A stretch of DNA of 63,486 bases. Origin: a virus. Lineage: Duplodnaviria > Caudoviricetes. The stretch covers positions 1 to 63,486 of IMG/VR virus record IMGVR_UViG_3300036833_000428; one strand, given 5' to 3'. The notes below the pieces were generated by a model. It searched no databases. It had not been told where the DNA came from and saw nothing but the letters and a program-made list of their open reading frames with translations. Positions 18,773 through 29,997 of the stretch are shown piece after piece; position 1 is the first letter of the stretch, and each line of letters starts with the position of its first letter. Both the position numbers and the translations under genes were made by a program.

Positions 18773-19055
18773 GGTTCGGATACACCAGCCTCCCGAAATC
18801 CTCGATCTCAAGGCCCAGCTTCCGCAGATCTTCCTCGGCAAGTTCCATCTGATGGGCGAAGACGTGGTTGTGATCGTGCCCCAGCATCCAGCACAGAACG
18901 TCCAGCTGGATGATGATCGTGCCCTTCTGCTCGAGGTTGAGCTTCATTTGCGGGATCTGCCCGCGCAGAATCATCACCAGCAGGTCGTGGGCCCGCTGTG
19001 CTTCGCCGGCCGTCCTATGAATCCTGGCCTGAGTCTCCATCTCGCGACTCGCCAT
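18756..19055 (-). CDS. Hypothetical protein
   Basis: AHDLLV...LDVLCWMLGHDHN; overlaps its neighbours in the operon. Confidence 0.65.
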   Translation of the reverse strand: MASREMETQARIHRTAGEAQRAHDLLVMILRGQIPQMKLNLEQKGTIIIQLDVLCWMLGHDHNHVFAHQMELAEEDLRKLGLEIEDFGRLVYPNHGKAH

Positions 19056-19269
19056 CTCGCAACTCCCGCTCCTTCATGACCGCGTTCACGAGCGAGGCCG
19101 GAATACGCCAGGGGCCTCGCGGGGCTAATTGCATGACGCCTTTCCTGCCTCGAAAGATATGCCGCACCGTCACCACGTGCACTTTCCACCGCTCCGCTAT
19201 TTCCGAGATGGTGTAAAAGCGCTCGATTTCTCCCGGCGCGCTCTCCTCAAAAAACCTTTCAGCCTGCAT
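19015..19269 (-). CDS. Second excisionase/MerR-like HTH protein
   Basis: FYTISEIAERWKVHVVTVRHIF...WRIPASLV. Confidence 0.75.
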   Translation of the reverse strand: MQAERFFEESAPGEIERFYTISEIAERWKVHVVTVRHIFRGRKGVMQLAPRGPWRIPASLVNAVMKERELRDGESRDGDSGQDS

Positions 19270-19496
19270 ACGAAATCACGATTATGCACAAATGCGCTAG
19301 CAGGGTCGAGTCTACGCCGATGTTCTGCCGAAATCAAGTGATGTTTTGTTTGCACAATTCGGGAACTTCCCCGAGTTACCTTATTTTGGTAGAGCACGTC
19401 TTCGGATTCGGACATTCCAAGTCCTATCGTCTTCGGGGCGAGATGCCAGTCTCGCCCCTTTTTTCTGCTCCACACAAATTCACCAAAACGGCTATT

Positions 19497-21989
19497 ATGG
19501 AAACCGTGATTGATCGGCCTTTGATCAGTCCTCCGTCACCCGTTTCCGCCGGGCTTGGCGCCGCTCTCGTCGACGTTGATCCCTATACCACCTTTCCGGA
19601 TGGGTCCATGGAGATCGACCTCTCGGAGGGAGCCGGGACGCGTTCTCTTGCCGACGCGCCCTTCGGCGCCAACCTGGCGGAATACTTGCCCGAATCCGCG
19701 CTCCAATCCATCTCGACCGACCTGCGCTTTGCGGTCGACGAGGACCGTTCGAGCCGCCGCGATTGGGAGGATGCCCTCACCCGCGGTCTCGACCTGCTGG
19801 GCATCAAATCCGAGGAGCGTGATCTGCCCTGGCCAGGCGCCTGCGGTGTGGTTCATCCGATGATTTTGGAGGCGGCGGTCCGATTTCAGTCGAAGTCCAT
19901 CATGCGCCTGTTCCCGCCCACCGGACCGGCCAATGCCAAGATCATGGGCCAGACCGATGAGCGCAAACTGCAGCAGGCCAAACGTGTGGCCGCCGACATG
20001 AATTATTGGTTGACGGACAAGATGCCGGAATACCGGGATGAAAGCGAGCAACTGTTATTCGCGCTCGCCGTGGATGGCTCGGCGTTTAAGAAGATCTATC
20101 AGGACCCACTGCTTCGGCGGCCATGCGCGCAGTTCATTCCAGCCAATGATTTTCTAATGCCGTACGGTTTTCCTAATCTCGAAACCTGCCCGCGCTACAC
20201 GCATGTGATGCGAAAATCCTACGGCGACGTGGAGCGCCTGCAGGGGAGTGGCTTCTATCGCGACATCCCGCTTTCCCGCGCCCCCATTCAGATCGACCGC
20301 GTGGAAGAAAAGGTCGTGCGCCTGGCCGGCATGGCGCCCTCCTATACGCGCAATGATCTGCTGACCCTCTGGGAATCCCACGTGGACCTCATGCTCGATG
20401 GGGATGACCAGCCGCGCCCCTATATCGTCACCCTTGAATACGATACTCAGCACGTACTGGGACTCTATCGCAACTGGCGCGAAGAGGATCCGGAAGCCCG
20501 CAAAATCTTAAGCTTTTGCCATTATCGCTATGTGCCCTGGAAGGGCGCCTATGGTTTAGGCTTAGTCCATTTAATCGGGGGCATCGGCCGCTCCTCCACC
20601 TCCATCCTCCGCCAGCTGGTCGATGCCGGCACGCTCTCCAATCTCCCCGGCGGCCTCAAATCGCGACAGCTGCGCATCAAGGGCGATAACGAACCAATCC
20701 AGCCCGGCGAGTTCCGCGATGCCGATGTGCCGGCGGGAAAGATCCTCGACTCGATCGCCTTCCTGCCCTATAAGGAACCGTCGAACGTTCTTTTCCAGCT
20801 GCTCCAGATGCTGATCGAAGAGGGCAAATCCTTCGCCTCGATCGCCGAACTGGATATTCCCACCTCGGCCTCGAACGCTCCTGTAGGCAGCATCCTCGCA
20901 TTGCTCGAGCGGGCCACCGAGGTGATCACGGCCGTGCAGTCGCGCCTGCACACCACCCTCTCGAAGGAACTCTCTCTGATCGCCGGACTCATCCGCGATC
21001 ACACCGCGCCGGCTTATGACTACGATCCGGCCAATCGCGTTCCCCGCTCCGCCAAGGCCGTCGACTATGCTCAGGAAAATCTCTCCATCATTCCCGTCTC
21101 CGATCCCGCCGCGGCTACCATGGCGCAGCGGGTGATGGAGTATCAGGCTGCACTGCAGTTGAGCGCGCAGGCCCCGCAACTTTATAACTTGCCCTTATTA
21201 CACCGCTCCATGCTCGAAGTATTAGGTATTGATAATGCCGACGAGATTGTCCCCGATAAGACCTCCGTCGAGGCCATGGATCCAGTAGCCGAGAACATGG
21301 CACTCCTGACCTCGAAACCGGTCAAGGCCTTCGAGTGGCAGAACCATCAGGCCCATTTACAGGTTCACATGAATGCCATGAATGATCCGCGCCTCGCCCA
21401 GGCGCTGGCCCAGAATCCACTGGCCGCTTCCATCCAGTCGGCCTCCTGGGCGCACATCAACGAACATCTCGCATTCCTATACCGCCAGCAGATCGAACAG
21501 CAGACCGGCGTTCCACTGCCGCCTCTCGGATCCAATCTCCCTCCCGAAGTCGAAGAGCAGATCTCAAGTCTGGTGGCTGCGGCTTCCCAGAAACTGCTGG
21601 CCGCCAACCAAGCGCAAGCTCAGCAGCAGCAGAATCAGCAGCAGGCTCAGGATCCCATCGTCCAACAGCAGCAGGCCGAACTCCAGCTCAAGACCCAGGG
21701 ACAGCAGCAAAAGGCACAGACCGATCAGACCAAGCTGCAGCTCGAAGCCACGCGCATCGCCCAGCAGGGTGCGACCGCGCAGGCGCAGATGGCGAGCGAA
21801 GAGCGGCGCACCGCCATGGAGGTCGATGCCGAAAACACCCGCCATCAGGCGAGCGAGATGGCTGAGAGCCATCGCACCGGCACCAAAGAACATGCCGAAT
21901 CGATCCGTCACATGATGGATGCCCAGGCGGATCTCAATCAGACTCTGGCTCCGGACCCAGGAGGCCCCGATGGCACCCCGGCAGGCTGA
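19497..21989 (+). CDS. Portal protein (podovirus-type, with long Q-rich C-terminal barrel)
   Basis: SRRDWE...GLDLLG...PWPGACGVVHP; GSAFKKIY; RQLVDAGTLSNLPGG; PYKEPS; coiled-coil tail. Confidence 0.9.
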   Translation: METVIDRPLISPPSPVSAGLGAALVDVDPYTTFPDGSMEIDLSEGAGTRSLADAPFGANLAEYLPESALQSISTDLRFAVDEDRSSRRDWEDALTRGLDLLGIKSEERDLPWPGACGVVHPMILEAAVRFQSKSIMRLFPPTGPANAKIMGQTDERKLQQAKRVAADMNYWLTDKMPEYRDESEQLLFALAVDGSAFKKIYQDPLLRRPCAQFIPANDFLMPYGFPNLETCPRYTHVMRKSYGDVERLQGSGFYRDIPLSRAPIQIDRVEEKVVRLAGMAPSYTRNDLLTLWESHVDLMLDGDDQPRPYIVTLEYDTQHVLGLYRNWREEDPEARKILSFCHYRYVPWKGAYGLGLVHLIGGIGRSSTSILRQLVDAGTLSNLPGGLKSRQLRIKGDNEPIQPGEFRDADVPAGKILDSIAFLPYKEPSNVLFQLLQMLIEEGKSFASIAELDIPTSASNAPVGSILALLERATEVITAVQSRLHTTLSKELSLIAGLIRDHTAPAYDYDPANRVPRSAKAVDYAQENLSIIPVSDPAAATMAQRVMEYQAALQLSAQAPQLYNLPLLHRSMLEVLGIDNADEIVPDKTSVEAMDPVAENMALLTSKPVKAFEWQNHQAHLQVHMNAMNDPRLAQALAQNPLAASIQSASWAHINEHLAFLYRQQIEQQTGVPLPPLGSNLPPEVEEQISSLVAAASQKLLAANQAQAQQQQNQQQAQDPIVQQQQAELQLKTQGQQQKAQTDQTKLQLEATRIAQQGATAQAQMASEERRTAMEVDAENTRHQASEMAESHRTGTKEHAESIRHMMDAQADLNQTLAPDPGGPDGTPAG

Positions 21990-22380
21990 CCTGCAGCTCT
22001 ATCAGGGCGACGACTGGGCCGCCACCGTCACCGTCTTGAACCAGGACATGACGCCGGCGAACATTACCGGCTACACCGCGCAGTCTCAGATCCGCCGCAA
22101 TGTGGCCGATCAGGATCCGATAGTCGCGGCGGAACTCCAGGCTACCGTCCAGGCGCCCAACTCGGTGCTCCTCTTTCTTTCGCATGCACAGACGAGCCTG
22201 CTCTCCGGCCAATATCAGTGGGATCTCCAGCTCACGTCCCCCGCGAACGATATCGTAACCATCCTGGCCGGCGCCGTGAACGTGACCCAGGAAGTGACGC
22301 GGGAAACCAGTGCGCTCGCCGCGCAAACGCAGGTGCTCGATGGCAGACAGCCAGTTTACAGCCACCCTCCCAGCCGATAA
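21970..22380 (+). CDS. Ig-like fibre-attachment (BppU N-terminal-like) protein
   Basis: [10 protein letters not shown]...[11 protein letters not shown]...YQWDLQL...[14 protein letters not shown]. Confidence 0.7.
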   Translation: MAPRQADLQLYQGDDWAATVTVLNQDMTPANITGYTAQSQIRRNVADQDPIVAAELQATVQAPNSVLLFLSHAQTSLLSGQYQWDLQLTSPANDIVTILAGAVNVTQEVTRETSALAAQTQVLDGRQPVYSHPPSR

Positions 22381-25300
22381 CCTCATCGGGGTCCTTCAGC
22401 CGCAGAGTGCGCTCAGTGCCACCTGGGGCGATGGCCGGCCCACACCGGGACCGCCCGGACCCGACGGCCCACCTGGCCCGACGGGACCCGTGGGTCCCAC
22501 GGGACCGCCGGGTGCTGCCGGTCCGGTAGGACCGGAAGGCGTCCCAGGACCTACTGGACCTGTCGGCGCAACCGGAGCCACCGGCGCAACCGGCCCCCCG
22601 GGACCCACCGGCGCACCCGGATCACAAGGAACTGTCGGACCGCCCGGCGCCACCGGAGCCCCGGGACCGATCGGGCCGACCGGTCCGCAGGGAGCGCAAG
22701 GAACCATCGGCCCTACCGGAGCCACCGGACCGGCCGGTCCTACCGGAGCCGCCGGCGCAGCTGGAGCAACAGGGGCCGCGGGACCTACCGGACCGACCGG
22801 CCCCGCCGGCGCTACTGGCGCAACGGGCACCACCGGCACCGCTGGAGCCGACGGAGCTCCCGGACCGCCGGGCGTGCAGGGCCCCCTCGGCCCACCCGGC
22901 CCGGCGGGCCCCATCGGACCAACCGGCCCGACCGGCCCCCAGGGGCCGATCGGCGATGGCATCGTCTTTAAGGGCACCGTAGCCGATCAAGCCAGCCTGC
23001 CCGCCACCGGCAACACGGTCAACGATGCCTACACCACAACAAACCCCGCCGGCCATATGTGGGTCTGGAACGGCACCACCTGGGTCGACATCGGCAACAT
23101 GCAGGGACCACCCGGTCCCGCCGGAAGCGATCCCACCACCACCCTCGGCGATTTGATTGTACGCGGCGCGACCGCGGCGCAACGCCTGGCTGTAGGCACG
23201 AACAATTTCGTGCTCACCGCCGATTCGACGCAGACCCTGGGAGTGGCGTGGAAAGCCGTGCCGGCGACTTCCCAGACACCCTGGATCAGCAATATCGATG
23301 GCGCCAACTACAACCTCTCGAATGTCGGGGCGCTCGGCACCAGTTCCCTCACCATGCAGGGGACTGTGACTGCCAACGACAGCGTGAACGGCCAAGCCGG
23401 CCTGACTCTCGACCACAGCGCCATCATCCGCTGGTTTCTCGGCAAAAATGCCACCACCGAAGGCGGCTCAAGTGCCGGGTCGGATTTCGAGATCCGGCGT
23501 TACGACAATACCGGCACCTTGCTCGGCACTCCAGTCACGATCCTGCGCACGAGCGGCTTCATCGGGCTCAATCAGCCCTCCCCGGCCTATCGCCTGGATG
23601 TGGCGGGCGACGTCAATGTCACTGGCGTTTTCCGCATGAACGGCACTCCGCTCAACTTCTTCGGCGACCCGACCACCACCAAGGGCGACCTCATCGTGCA
23701 CGGTGCCACCACCACGCGCCTGGCCGTCGGCAGCGATGGCCAGACATTGCTTGCGGATTCGAGCCAAACGCTGGGAGTGCGCTGGGGGAGTCTCGTTACC
23801 GGCGTCTCGAGCTTTAATACGCGCACCGGCGCCGTCCTGCCGGCCGTGGGCGACTACACCGCGGCGCAGATAACTAATGCGGTATCGACCGCCAGCACCT
23901 ACGCCGACCCGGCCTGGATCACATCCCTCGCCTGGTCGAAGATCACCGGCGCACCGGCCACCGTGACGAGCGTCTTTGCGCGAAGCGGTGCGGTCGTCGC
24001 GGCCACTGGTGATTACACGGCGGCGCAGGTCAATAATGCGGTCGATACCACGCAGACCTACGCGAACCCGGCCTGGATCACATCCCTTGCCTGGAGCAAG
24101 ATCACCGGAGCCCCGGCTATTGTCAACACCGTATTCGGCAGAAGCGGCGCGGTGGTCGCGGCCAGCGGCGACTACACCGCAGCGCAGATCACCAACGCCG
24201 TCGACATCACGCAAGCCTACGCCAATCCACCCTGGATCACGTCCCTGGCCTATAGCAAGATCACCGGGGCACCGGGGCAGACACCCTGGTTGAGCGATAT
24301 CAACGCAGCCGGATTCCGGCTGCTAAGCACGGGCAACGCGGGCATCGGAACGGCCAACCCGCTATACAGGCTGGACGTCCGCACTCCCGGCTCTACTGCC
24401 ACTCAGATGCACATCGCCTCGACCGATACGGACGCGGGCGGATATCTGACGAGTGCTGGGGATAACGGTGTTAATTTCTCGGCAGGCGGCGCGTACAACG
24501 GCACAACCTGGATTGCCAAGAGCACAACGGCCACTAATATCGCTCAATACGGCGGTTTTATTCAATTCTTTTCTGATTCCTCTTTGACTGTGGGCGGCGC
24601 CTATACACTGACAAGCCGCATGATCATCGCACCGAGCGGCCAAGTGGGGATCGGGACGGCGAACCCGCTGTACAGGCTCGACGTCCGCACCCCCGGAACC
24701 ACTCAGATGCATATCGCCCAGACGGATACGGACGCTGGCGGGTATCTGACGAGTGTTGGTGATAATCATTGCGTATTGTCTGCCGGTGTTGCATATAACG
24801 GGACTACCTGGGTTGCCAAGAGTACGGTTGCCAGTTATGTCGGACTGTTCAATGGCGGGGTTCAATTTGCGATAGATACGGGGCTGACTGTGGGCAGTGG
24901 CTATACCCCCACGCAGCGTGTGGTTATCGACAATGGGGGCCAGGTGGGCATCGGGACGGTTAGTCCGTTGTACAGGCTGGATGTGCGTACCCCCGGCGTT
25001 ACTGCCGCTCAGGTGCATATCGCGAGCACGGATACGGACGCGGGGTTTTATTTGCAGACTAATGGTGATAGCACAGGGAATCTCTCGGCGGGAGAGGCTT
25101 ATAACGGCACGAACTGGATTGCCAAGTCGACGGCCGCCAGTTGTATCGTTCAAGGCGGCGCTTGGATTTATTTCAATACCGATTCAGGATTGACCCCAGG
25201 CAACGCCTTTACACCGACATCTCGTATGGTTATTTCGCCGTCGGGCTACGTGGGCATCGGGATAAACAATCCACTGAATCAGCTGTCCATAATTCCTGCC

Positions 25301-25882
25301 GCGAATGCGACTACAGCAGCAGGAGCAACTCAGTTTTCCATCGGAGAACCCACCAACAATAGCGCCTATCGATTGACTTTGGGATGTTTTTCGGACACTC
25401 AGATGAAAGCAGTGATTCAACATCAAGCCGGCACGCTAGCCTTAGGCGTACTCCTTTTGAATCCAAGCGGCGGTGCCGTGGGCATAGGGATTACAGCGCC
25501 AGGCTATCAATTGCAACTCGGCGCCGATTCCGCCGCGAAACCCGGCACGAACACATGGATAATCGTCTCAGATATCCGCACCAAGCGAAACGTGCGCGGT
25601 CTCGAAGGTGGACTGGAGATTGTCAACCAACTGGAGCCCATCGTGGCCGAGTACAACGGCAAGGCGCATACGCCCGACGGCGGTCGCGTAGTCTCTTTTG
25701 AGCCGAAGCAGTTACGCGAGATACTGCCCCATGCAGTTTCGAGCACCATGGGTAAGCTGGACCCGGATGACTCCGAAGAGACAGAGATTCTAGGCGTCAA
25801 CACGCACGAAATCCTGTTTCATTTGATCCTGGCGGTGCAGCAGCTCAACCGTCACCTCCAAGCCTTGGAAGGGAGAAAATAA
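22340..25882 (+). CDS. Fibre protein 1: collagen region, repeat modules, C-terminal peptidase S74-type chaperone
   Basis: Long Gly-X-Y run, repeated GIGT beta modules, SDIRTKRNV and a final coiled coil. Confidence 0.9.
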   Translation: MADSQFTATLPADNLIGVLQPQSALSATWGDGRPTPGPPGPDGPPGPTGPVGPTGPPGAAGPVGPEGVPGPTGPVGATGATGATGPPGPTGAPGSQGTVGPPGATGAPGPIGPTGPQGAQGTIGPTGATGPAGPTGAAGAAGATGAAGPTGPTGPAGATGATGTTGTAGADGAPGPPGVQGPLGPPGPAGPIGPTGPTGPQGPIGDGIVFKGTVADQASLPATGNTVNDAYTTTNPAGHMWVWNGTTWVDIGNMQGPPGPAGSDPTTTLGDLIVRGATAAQRLAVGTNNFVLTADSTQTLGVAWKAVPATSQTPWISNIDGANYNLSNVGALGTSSLTMQGTVTANDSVNGQAGLTLDHSAIIRWFLGKNATTEGGSSAGSDFEIRRYDNTGTLLGTPVTILRTSGFIGLNQPSPAYRLDVAGDVNVTGVFRMNGTPLNFFGDPTTTKGDLIVHGATTTRLAVGSDGQTLLADSSQTLGVRWGSLVTGVSSFNTRTGAVLPAVGDYTAAQITNAVSTASTYADPAWITSLAWSKITGAPATVTSVFARSGAVVAATGDYTAAQVNNAVDTTQTYANPAWITSLAWSKITGAPAIVNTVFGRSGAVVAASGDYTAAQITNAVDITQAYANPPWITSLAYSKITGAPGQTPWLSDINAAGFRLLSTGNAGIGTANPLYRLDVRTPGSTATQMHIASTDTDAGGYLTSAGDNGVNFSAGGAYNGTTWIAKSTTATNIAQYGGFIQFFSDSSLTVGGAYTLTSRMIIAPSGQVGIGTANPLYRLDVRTPGTTQMHIAQTDTDAGGYLTSVGDNHCVLSAGVAYNGTTWVAKSTVASYVGLFNGGVQFAIDTGLTVGSGYTPTQRVVIDNGGQVGIGTVSPLYRLDVRTPGVTAAQVHIASTDTDAGFYLQTNGDSTGNLSAGEAYNGTNWIAKSTAASCIVQGGAWIYFNTDSGLTPGNAFTPTSRMVISPSGYVGIGINNPLNQLSIIPAANATTAAGATQFSIGEPTNNSAYRLTLGCFSDTQMKAVIQHQAGTLALGVLLLNPSGGAVGIGITAPGYQLQLGADSAAKPGTNTWIIVSDIRTKRNVRGLEGGLEIVNQLEPIVAEYNGKAHTPDGGRVVSFEPKQLREILPHAVSSTMGKLDPDDSEETEILGVNTHEILFHLILAVQQLNRHLQALEGRK
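22448..22960 (+). repeat. Collagen-like Gly-X-Y coding repeat
   Basis: Continuous GPT/GAT/GPP triplets. Confidence 0.9.
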
Positions 25883-25883
25883 C

Positions 25884-26177
25884 ATGGCGCTTACTTACGA
25901 GGAATCCGCCGCGCTCATGACCGATGGGGCATTCCGCGGGCGCATCAAAGTCGCCTGCCTGAAATTTGCCGACAGCATCCTGATCCAAAGCGCTCCGGTA
26001 GCGAACCGCACCGCGCAGGTGCGCTGGGCCACGCAGATGTTTCAGCAGCCAGATACGATTGCAGCCCAAGTGCAGCCGCCCACCGTCATGGACGGCGCCG
26101 TGCAAATCGCCGGAGCCGCCATCACCGATGCCGCCCTGCAAGGGTCAGTCGAGGCCACCGTCCAAAAAATGTTCTAA
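25884..26177 (+). CDS. Small fibre-associated protein
   Basis: GGAG RBS, starts 1 nt after the fibre stop; helical. Confidence 0.7.
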   Translation: MALTYEESAALMTDGAFRGRIKVACLKFADSILIQSAPVANRTAQVRWATQMFQQPDTIAAQVQPPTVMDGAVQIAGAAITDAALQGSVEATVQKMF

Positions 26178-26189
26178 GGAGCAACCCTA

Positions 26190-26483
26190 ATGGCCGCTAC
26201 TTTAACTACCCTCAGCCGCACCAATACACTTTCCCTTGCGGCCACCACAGCCTACCAGCTCGTCAGCAAAACCACCGGCAGCTGCTACTTCGGCGTCCTT
26301 AATTTGGGCCCAGGTAATCTCTATGTGCGCTTCGATGCCGCCCCCACGGGCGCCACCGATATAGCCGCCATGGAGCTGCCCGTAACGACGGCCCTGTTCG
26401 AATTCTACGTTACCGGCTCGAGCGGCCTTTATGTTCTCTCCGATCAAGCCGGAAAGATCAGCGTGATCGTGAACTCACGTTAG
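26190..26483 (+). CDS. Small beta-rich putative virion protein (paralog of 3226-3537)
   Basis: AAGGAG RBS; collinear similarity to 3226-3537. Confidence 0.75.
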   Translation: MAATLTTLSRTNTLSLAATTAYQLVSKTTGSCYFGVLNLGPGNLYVRFDAAPTGATDIAAMELPVTTALFEFYVTGSSGLYVLSDQAGKISVIVNSR

Positions 26484-27397
26484 CCGCCGCCGCCCGCCGA
26501 GCCGTAAATCCCCAGCGGATCCGACCAGCCGAACGAATAGCGTTCGCGAGCTTTGTAGCGCAGATTCCCGGTGTCGAAATCCGGATCGTCCTGCGTCTTT
26601 AACGGCACACGCTCAAAATGCTTCAACCCGTTGGGCACGTCCGTGCACAGATACCAAGCCTTGGGATCTGTAACCCAGTGGTTCACAAACCATCCCTCGG
26701 GAATCGTCCCGTTAGTAAAGATGGCGTTTACGTCGTTATCCGCGCTGCCCGGCCGGTACTGCGAACGCAACAAACGCGTGGCCGTGAAGTTGAGCGCCGG
26801 CGGCACAACCAACCGCCGTGGCTTGGCCGCAATCAGCAGACCGCGATCGTCGACCCACAAAGAGATGGTCGTCGCCGCCGCCTCGAGGGCCGTTTCATTC
26901 AAGTCCGCCGAGGTCGCGGAAGTGTTGGCGTTGAGCACCCCGCCCATCACCAGCGGATGGCTCGCGTTGCATAGCGATACGCCATCACCGCCCGGAAAGG
27001 TGGGGTCGAAGGCGTTGTTAAGGATGGAGGCGCCTTTGACTTGTTTCGTGTGGGCCATGCTTCTTGCCAAGGCCTGCGTGTAACGCCGCGAGAGCGAATC
27101 GTAGAGATTATCCTCGAAGGCCTCTTCGGTGATCGAAAAGCCGATCGAAATAGTCTCATGCGTATACCTCGCGGTATACGTCTCCTGCGCTTCGTCGTAA
27201 TGGGTGGCCGCGCCTTCCGCCTTTACCGGCGCCGGCCCGAAGCCCGTAACTTTGGTCTCCTCTTCGAAAGAACGTTCGGAGCTTTCGGTTGCGAAGATCT
27301 CCTTGTGCTCTTCGGGGTAGCGCTTGTACTCGAGTCCGAAAAGGGCGTTGAGCCCTGGAACCAACTCCTTTAATAGTTGTGCTCTTGATATGGCCAT
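26480..27397 (-). CDS. Major capsid protein
   Basis: MAISRAQLLKELVPGLNALFGLEY...DFDTGNLRYKARERYSFGWSDP, a capsid family widespread in uncultured phages. Confidence 0.92.
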   Translation of the reverse strand: MAISRAQLLKELVPGLNALFGLEYKRYPEEHKEIFATESSERSFEEETKVTGFGPAPVKAEGAATHYDEAQETYTARYTHETISIGFSITEEAFEDNLYDSLSRRYTQALARSMAHTKQVKGASILNNAFDPTFPGGDGVSLCNASHPLVMGGVLNANTSATSADLNETALEAAATTISLWVDDRGLLIAAKPRRLVVPPALNFTATRLLRSQYRPGSADNDVNAIFTNGTIPEGWFVNHWVTDPKAWYLCTDVPNGLKHFERVPLKTQDDPDFDTGNLRYKARERYSFGWSDPLGIYGSAGGGG

Positions 27398-27409
27398 GGC
27401 TCAGTTCTC

Positions 27410-28030
27410 CTATTGCCCCAAATTCTGCATGAAGCGCTGTACGCCCCAGTTCCACACCACCAGGACATCCGTGAACGGATCGCCCGGCTGCGAAGAAGCA
27501 CCCGGCGAAGGGCTGGCGGTATAAACAAAATCATAAATGCGTACCGCGAGCGTGGCGGTCGCCGCGATGCTCGAGGCCTGTATCCCCACGATGCTATCCC
27601 CGGTCGCAATATTGCCCGCCGCAAAAGGGCCGATCAGGGCCGCGTTCATGCCGATACTGGCGAGTGTAACCGGACCATCCGCCTGCACCTGCATGACGAG
27701 CCACGGATAATCCATGATCTTCAGCTTGACGTTGGTTGCCCCTGAGCCGATCCCGTTGGCCGGAAAATACTGCGCGTTAACAAAACCCCGGATGGGGTCC
27801 TGCCACTCCGCACCCATCATGATCCCGATAGGGGAATTGGGGCCGGCTGCGGTGGTGGGCGTCGCCGCGATAGGCACGGGACTGCCTCCCACCAAACCGA
27901 CCGGATCCCCGAAGAAAAAGCCCTGCGTCTGGTTAGACGTCAACCGATAGGTGTGCATGCCGGCGGAAAAAGGCAGGTCCCCTAAAAGCTTGACGATCCG
28001 CAGGCCGTAAGGTCCCTTTACCTGCGCCAT
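27410..28030 (-). CDS. Minor capsid / head decoration protein
   Basis: PYGLR...FFGDPV...GIMMG beta-rich protein immediately upstream of the capsid gene. Confidence 0.7.
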   Translation of the reverse strand: MAQVKGPYGLRIVKLLGDLPFSAGMHTYRLTSNQTQGFFFGDPVGLVGGSPVPIAATPTTAAGPNSPIGIMMGAEWQDPIRGFVNAQYFPANGIGSGATNVKLKIMDYPWLVMQVQADGPVTLASIGMNAALIGPFAAGNIATGDSIVGIQASSIAATATLAVRIYDFVYTASPSPGASSQPGDPFTDVLVVWNWGVQRFMQNLGQ

Positions 28031-28082
28031 CTAGCGTTCCTTTCGTCCCGTACATCGGGACTCTTGAGAATTTTGTTAGAAC

Positions 28083-28583
28083 CTAAGCCGGATTGCGCTC
28101 GCGGCGCGTCTCCGGCCCAAACGTCACCACCGATGGGTTTCGCTCGCGGAACATCGATCCGAACTTAGCATCGCGATTGGCGTCCAGCTGATTATTCACC
28201 GACACCATCTGATCCTTAGTCATCTTCCGGTAATATTCCGTGCGCTTCTGGTTCTTCTCTGCCGCCATGCGGCAAAGCAGCAGTCCGCCAATCTCCACTC
28301 CGTCCGGATAGCGTGTTCCGTGATCCGACTGCACATTCAGTTCGGGGTATTCCGCGGCAATAACCGGAACCCATCCTTCCTGAAAAGCACTCGCCACGTT
28401 CGCCGGATCGGGCTGGCCATTGACCGACGTCCTTACCCAACGGTGGACTATGCCCGGCCGCTTATGAGGATTGGGCAGTGTCGACGCAGGCTGCCACGAC
28501 TCGTCGCGCGCTTCAGCCTCGCGGGTTTCCTGTTCCCGCGGGGCTCTAGCTTCATCCGCATTAGAGTTGTGATTCACCTTCAT
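28083..28583 (-). CDS. Conserved head-module protein
   Basis: WQPASTLP...HRWVRTS...EGWVPV...IGGLLLCRM. Confidence 0.75.
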   Translation of the reverse strand: MKVNHNSNADEARAPREQETREAEARDESWQPASTLPNPHKRPGIVHRWVRTSVNGQPDPANVASAFQEGWVPVIAAEYPELNVQSDHGTRYPDGVEIGGLLLCRMAAEKNQKRTEYYRKMTKDQMVSVNNQLDANRDAKFGSMFRERNPSVVTFGPETRRERNPA

Positions 28584-29518
28584 TGCACCGTGACCTTACC
28601 CTCCCGCTCCTTTAAGCGACTCGCATAATCCAACTTCTGCTTGGCGTATTCCTTCAGGTCTACGCCCAATGACTTCGCAAGCCGTACCTCCGACTCCGTT
28701 AACTTCACTTTTCCCGAGTCGGTCGAGTGCGCCGCCGCGGCTTCGCCGTTCACCCGCGGGGCTCCCGCTACCGGGGCCGGCCGCGCCGCGGGCTTCCCGA
28801 ATCGTTCCGGAAATTTCTCGCGCATGCGGGCATCAATCGTCGAATAATAGAGATCCGGATTCGTCAGCTCCGTGACCCCCTGCGCGGTGAGCTTCTGATG
28901 AATGCCATAGGCAAAGCCCGTCAGATCTTCTTCTCCCGCCTGCCCGAACCAGGTATTCTGCGACCTCCAGGACCGCAGCCTCTCGCTTTCCGGGACCGGT
29001 CGAGGCGGAGGCGGTGGTGCGGCGGCCGGGGGAGCCGTGCGCCCCTCCCCCTTCGGCTGCTTCAACAGACCCAACCGATCGAGCTCCGCCACGGCCTTGG
29101 CAATATCCTCGTACGCCGTCGCCTGCCCGGCTGCATCCTGCGCCGCCATGGCTGCCATCAATCGGGTTTTCGCCTGGTCGAGTTGCGCCTCGGCGCGCGC
29201 GTGAGCCTGATCAATCAGCGCCGTCTCGCTGCGCCCCATCGAGGATTTCAGTTCCTGGTTTTCACGATACAGTTGCTCAGCAAGCGAGGTGGCCGTGGCT
29301 ACATCCTGCGAGGATTGAATACTCCGCCGGCGCCATTCCTGATTCGCCACGCGCAATCCGCGAATGCGCCGCTGCGCCTCCGTCGCATACTTCCCGATCT
29401 CATCATCCGGAAGCTTCTCGTGTTCCTCGAGCTGTGAATCGGTTAGCCGCGGCTTGGTCTTTTCATCGCCGGGCTCGATCTCAACTTCGATATCGGGTGT
29501 AGTGGGTTCGTCTGCCAT
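28580..29518 (-). CDS. Capsid scaffolding protein
   Basis: Acidic N-terminus, coiled coil, WRSQNTWFG, VKLTESEVRLAKSLGV..EYAK C-terminus. Confidence 0.8.
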   Translation of the reverse strand: MADEPTTPDIEVEIEPGDEKTKPRLTDSQLEEHEKLPDDEIGKYATEAQRRIRGLRVANQEWRRRSIQSSQDVATATSLAEQLYRENQELKSSMGRSETALIDQAHARAEAQLDQAKTRLMAAMAAQDAAGQATAYEDIAKAVAELDRLGLLKQPKGEGRTAPPAAAPPPPPRPVPESERLRSWRSQNTWFGQAGEEDLTGFAYGIHQKLTAQGVTELTNPDLYYSTIDARMREKFPERFGKPAARPAPVAGAPRVNGEAAAAHSTDSGKVKLTESEVRLAKSLGVDLKEYAKQKLDYASRLKEREGKVTVQ

Positions 29519-29520
29519 AG

Positions 29521-29997
29521 TTAAACCGCTTCCGGGCGCATGATTTCCTCGGGATTGCAGTGGATCACGCCCTCGACCGAATCATCATTGATCAGGCGAT
29601 ACTCCGGCCAACGCTCCGAAGGCACCCCCTCGATCACCCGCACAAAGCGCGTCCCCGCATACGGCCGCATGAGGATCACGTCTCCCGGCCGGCACCAGGC
29701 TTTCCCGTCCGGGAAACGCTTCGGGTCTTTATAGGCCAGGGCCCCGAGGGAAATGACCTGCGCCCGCGGCGCCGCAATCTCCTCAAGAAAGCGCCGTTCC
29801 TCGGGGATCCAGACGCCGGTCCTGGTGCGCTCTTCCTTGCGCATGATGTAGACCAGAAGCTTGTAACCCGCCGGTTCGAGCGCCTCGCGAATGTCCTCCG
29901 CCGGAGGCACCAGCACGGCCTCCGGCGGAGTTTCCCTTACGCCCTCATCGAGGATTATCGTCGAATCTACCAGCTGCGCCTCAACCTCAGGACTCAT
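29521..29997 (-). CDS. groES: GroES/Cpn10-like co-chaperonin
   Basis: PAGYKLLV...ERTRTGVWIP...VISLG...GDVIL..YAGT...YRLINDDSVEGVI. Confidence 0.85.
   Translation of the reverse strand: MSPEVEAQLVDSTIILDEGVRETPPEAVLVPPAEDIREALEPAGYKLLVYIMRKEERTRTGVWIPEERRFLEEIAAPRAQVISLGALAYKDPKRFPDGKAWCRPGDVILMRPYAGTRFVRVIEGVPSERWPEYRLINDDSVEGVIHCNPEEIMRPEAV

Noticed and set aside
19284-19496. N-terminal extensions in the ORF track (also 37316-37465, 15584-15964, 44233-44415)
   Set aside because: They run through promoter, att or neighbouring-gene DNA; downstream starts have better RBS or coupling.
23800-25260. Diversity-generating retroelement or CRISPR array
   Set aside because: The repeats are in-frame protein modules with general divergence; no reverse transcriptase, cas gene or repeat-spacer periodicity was seen.
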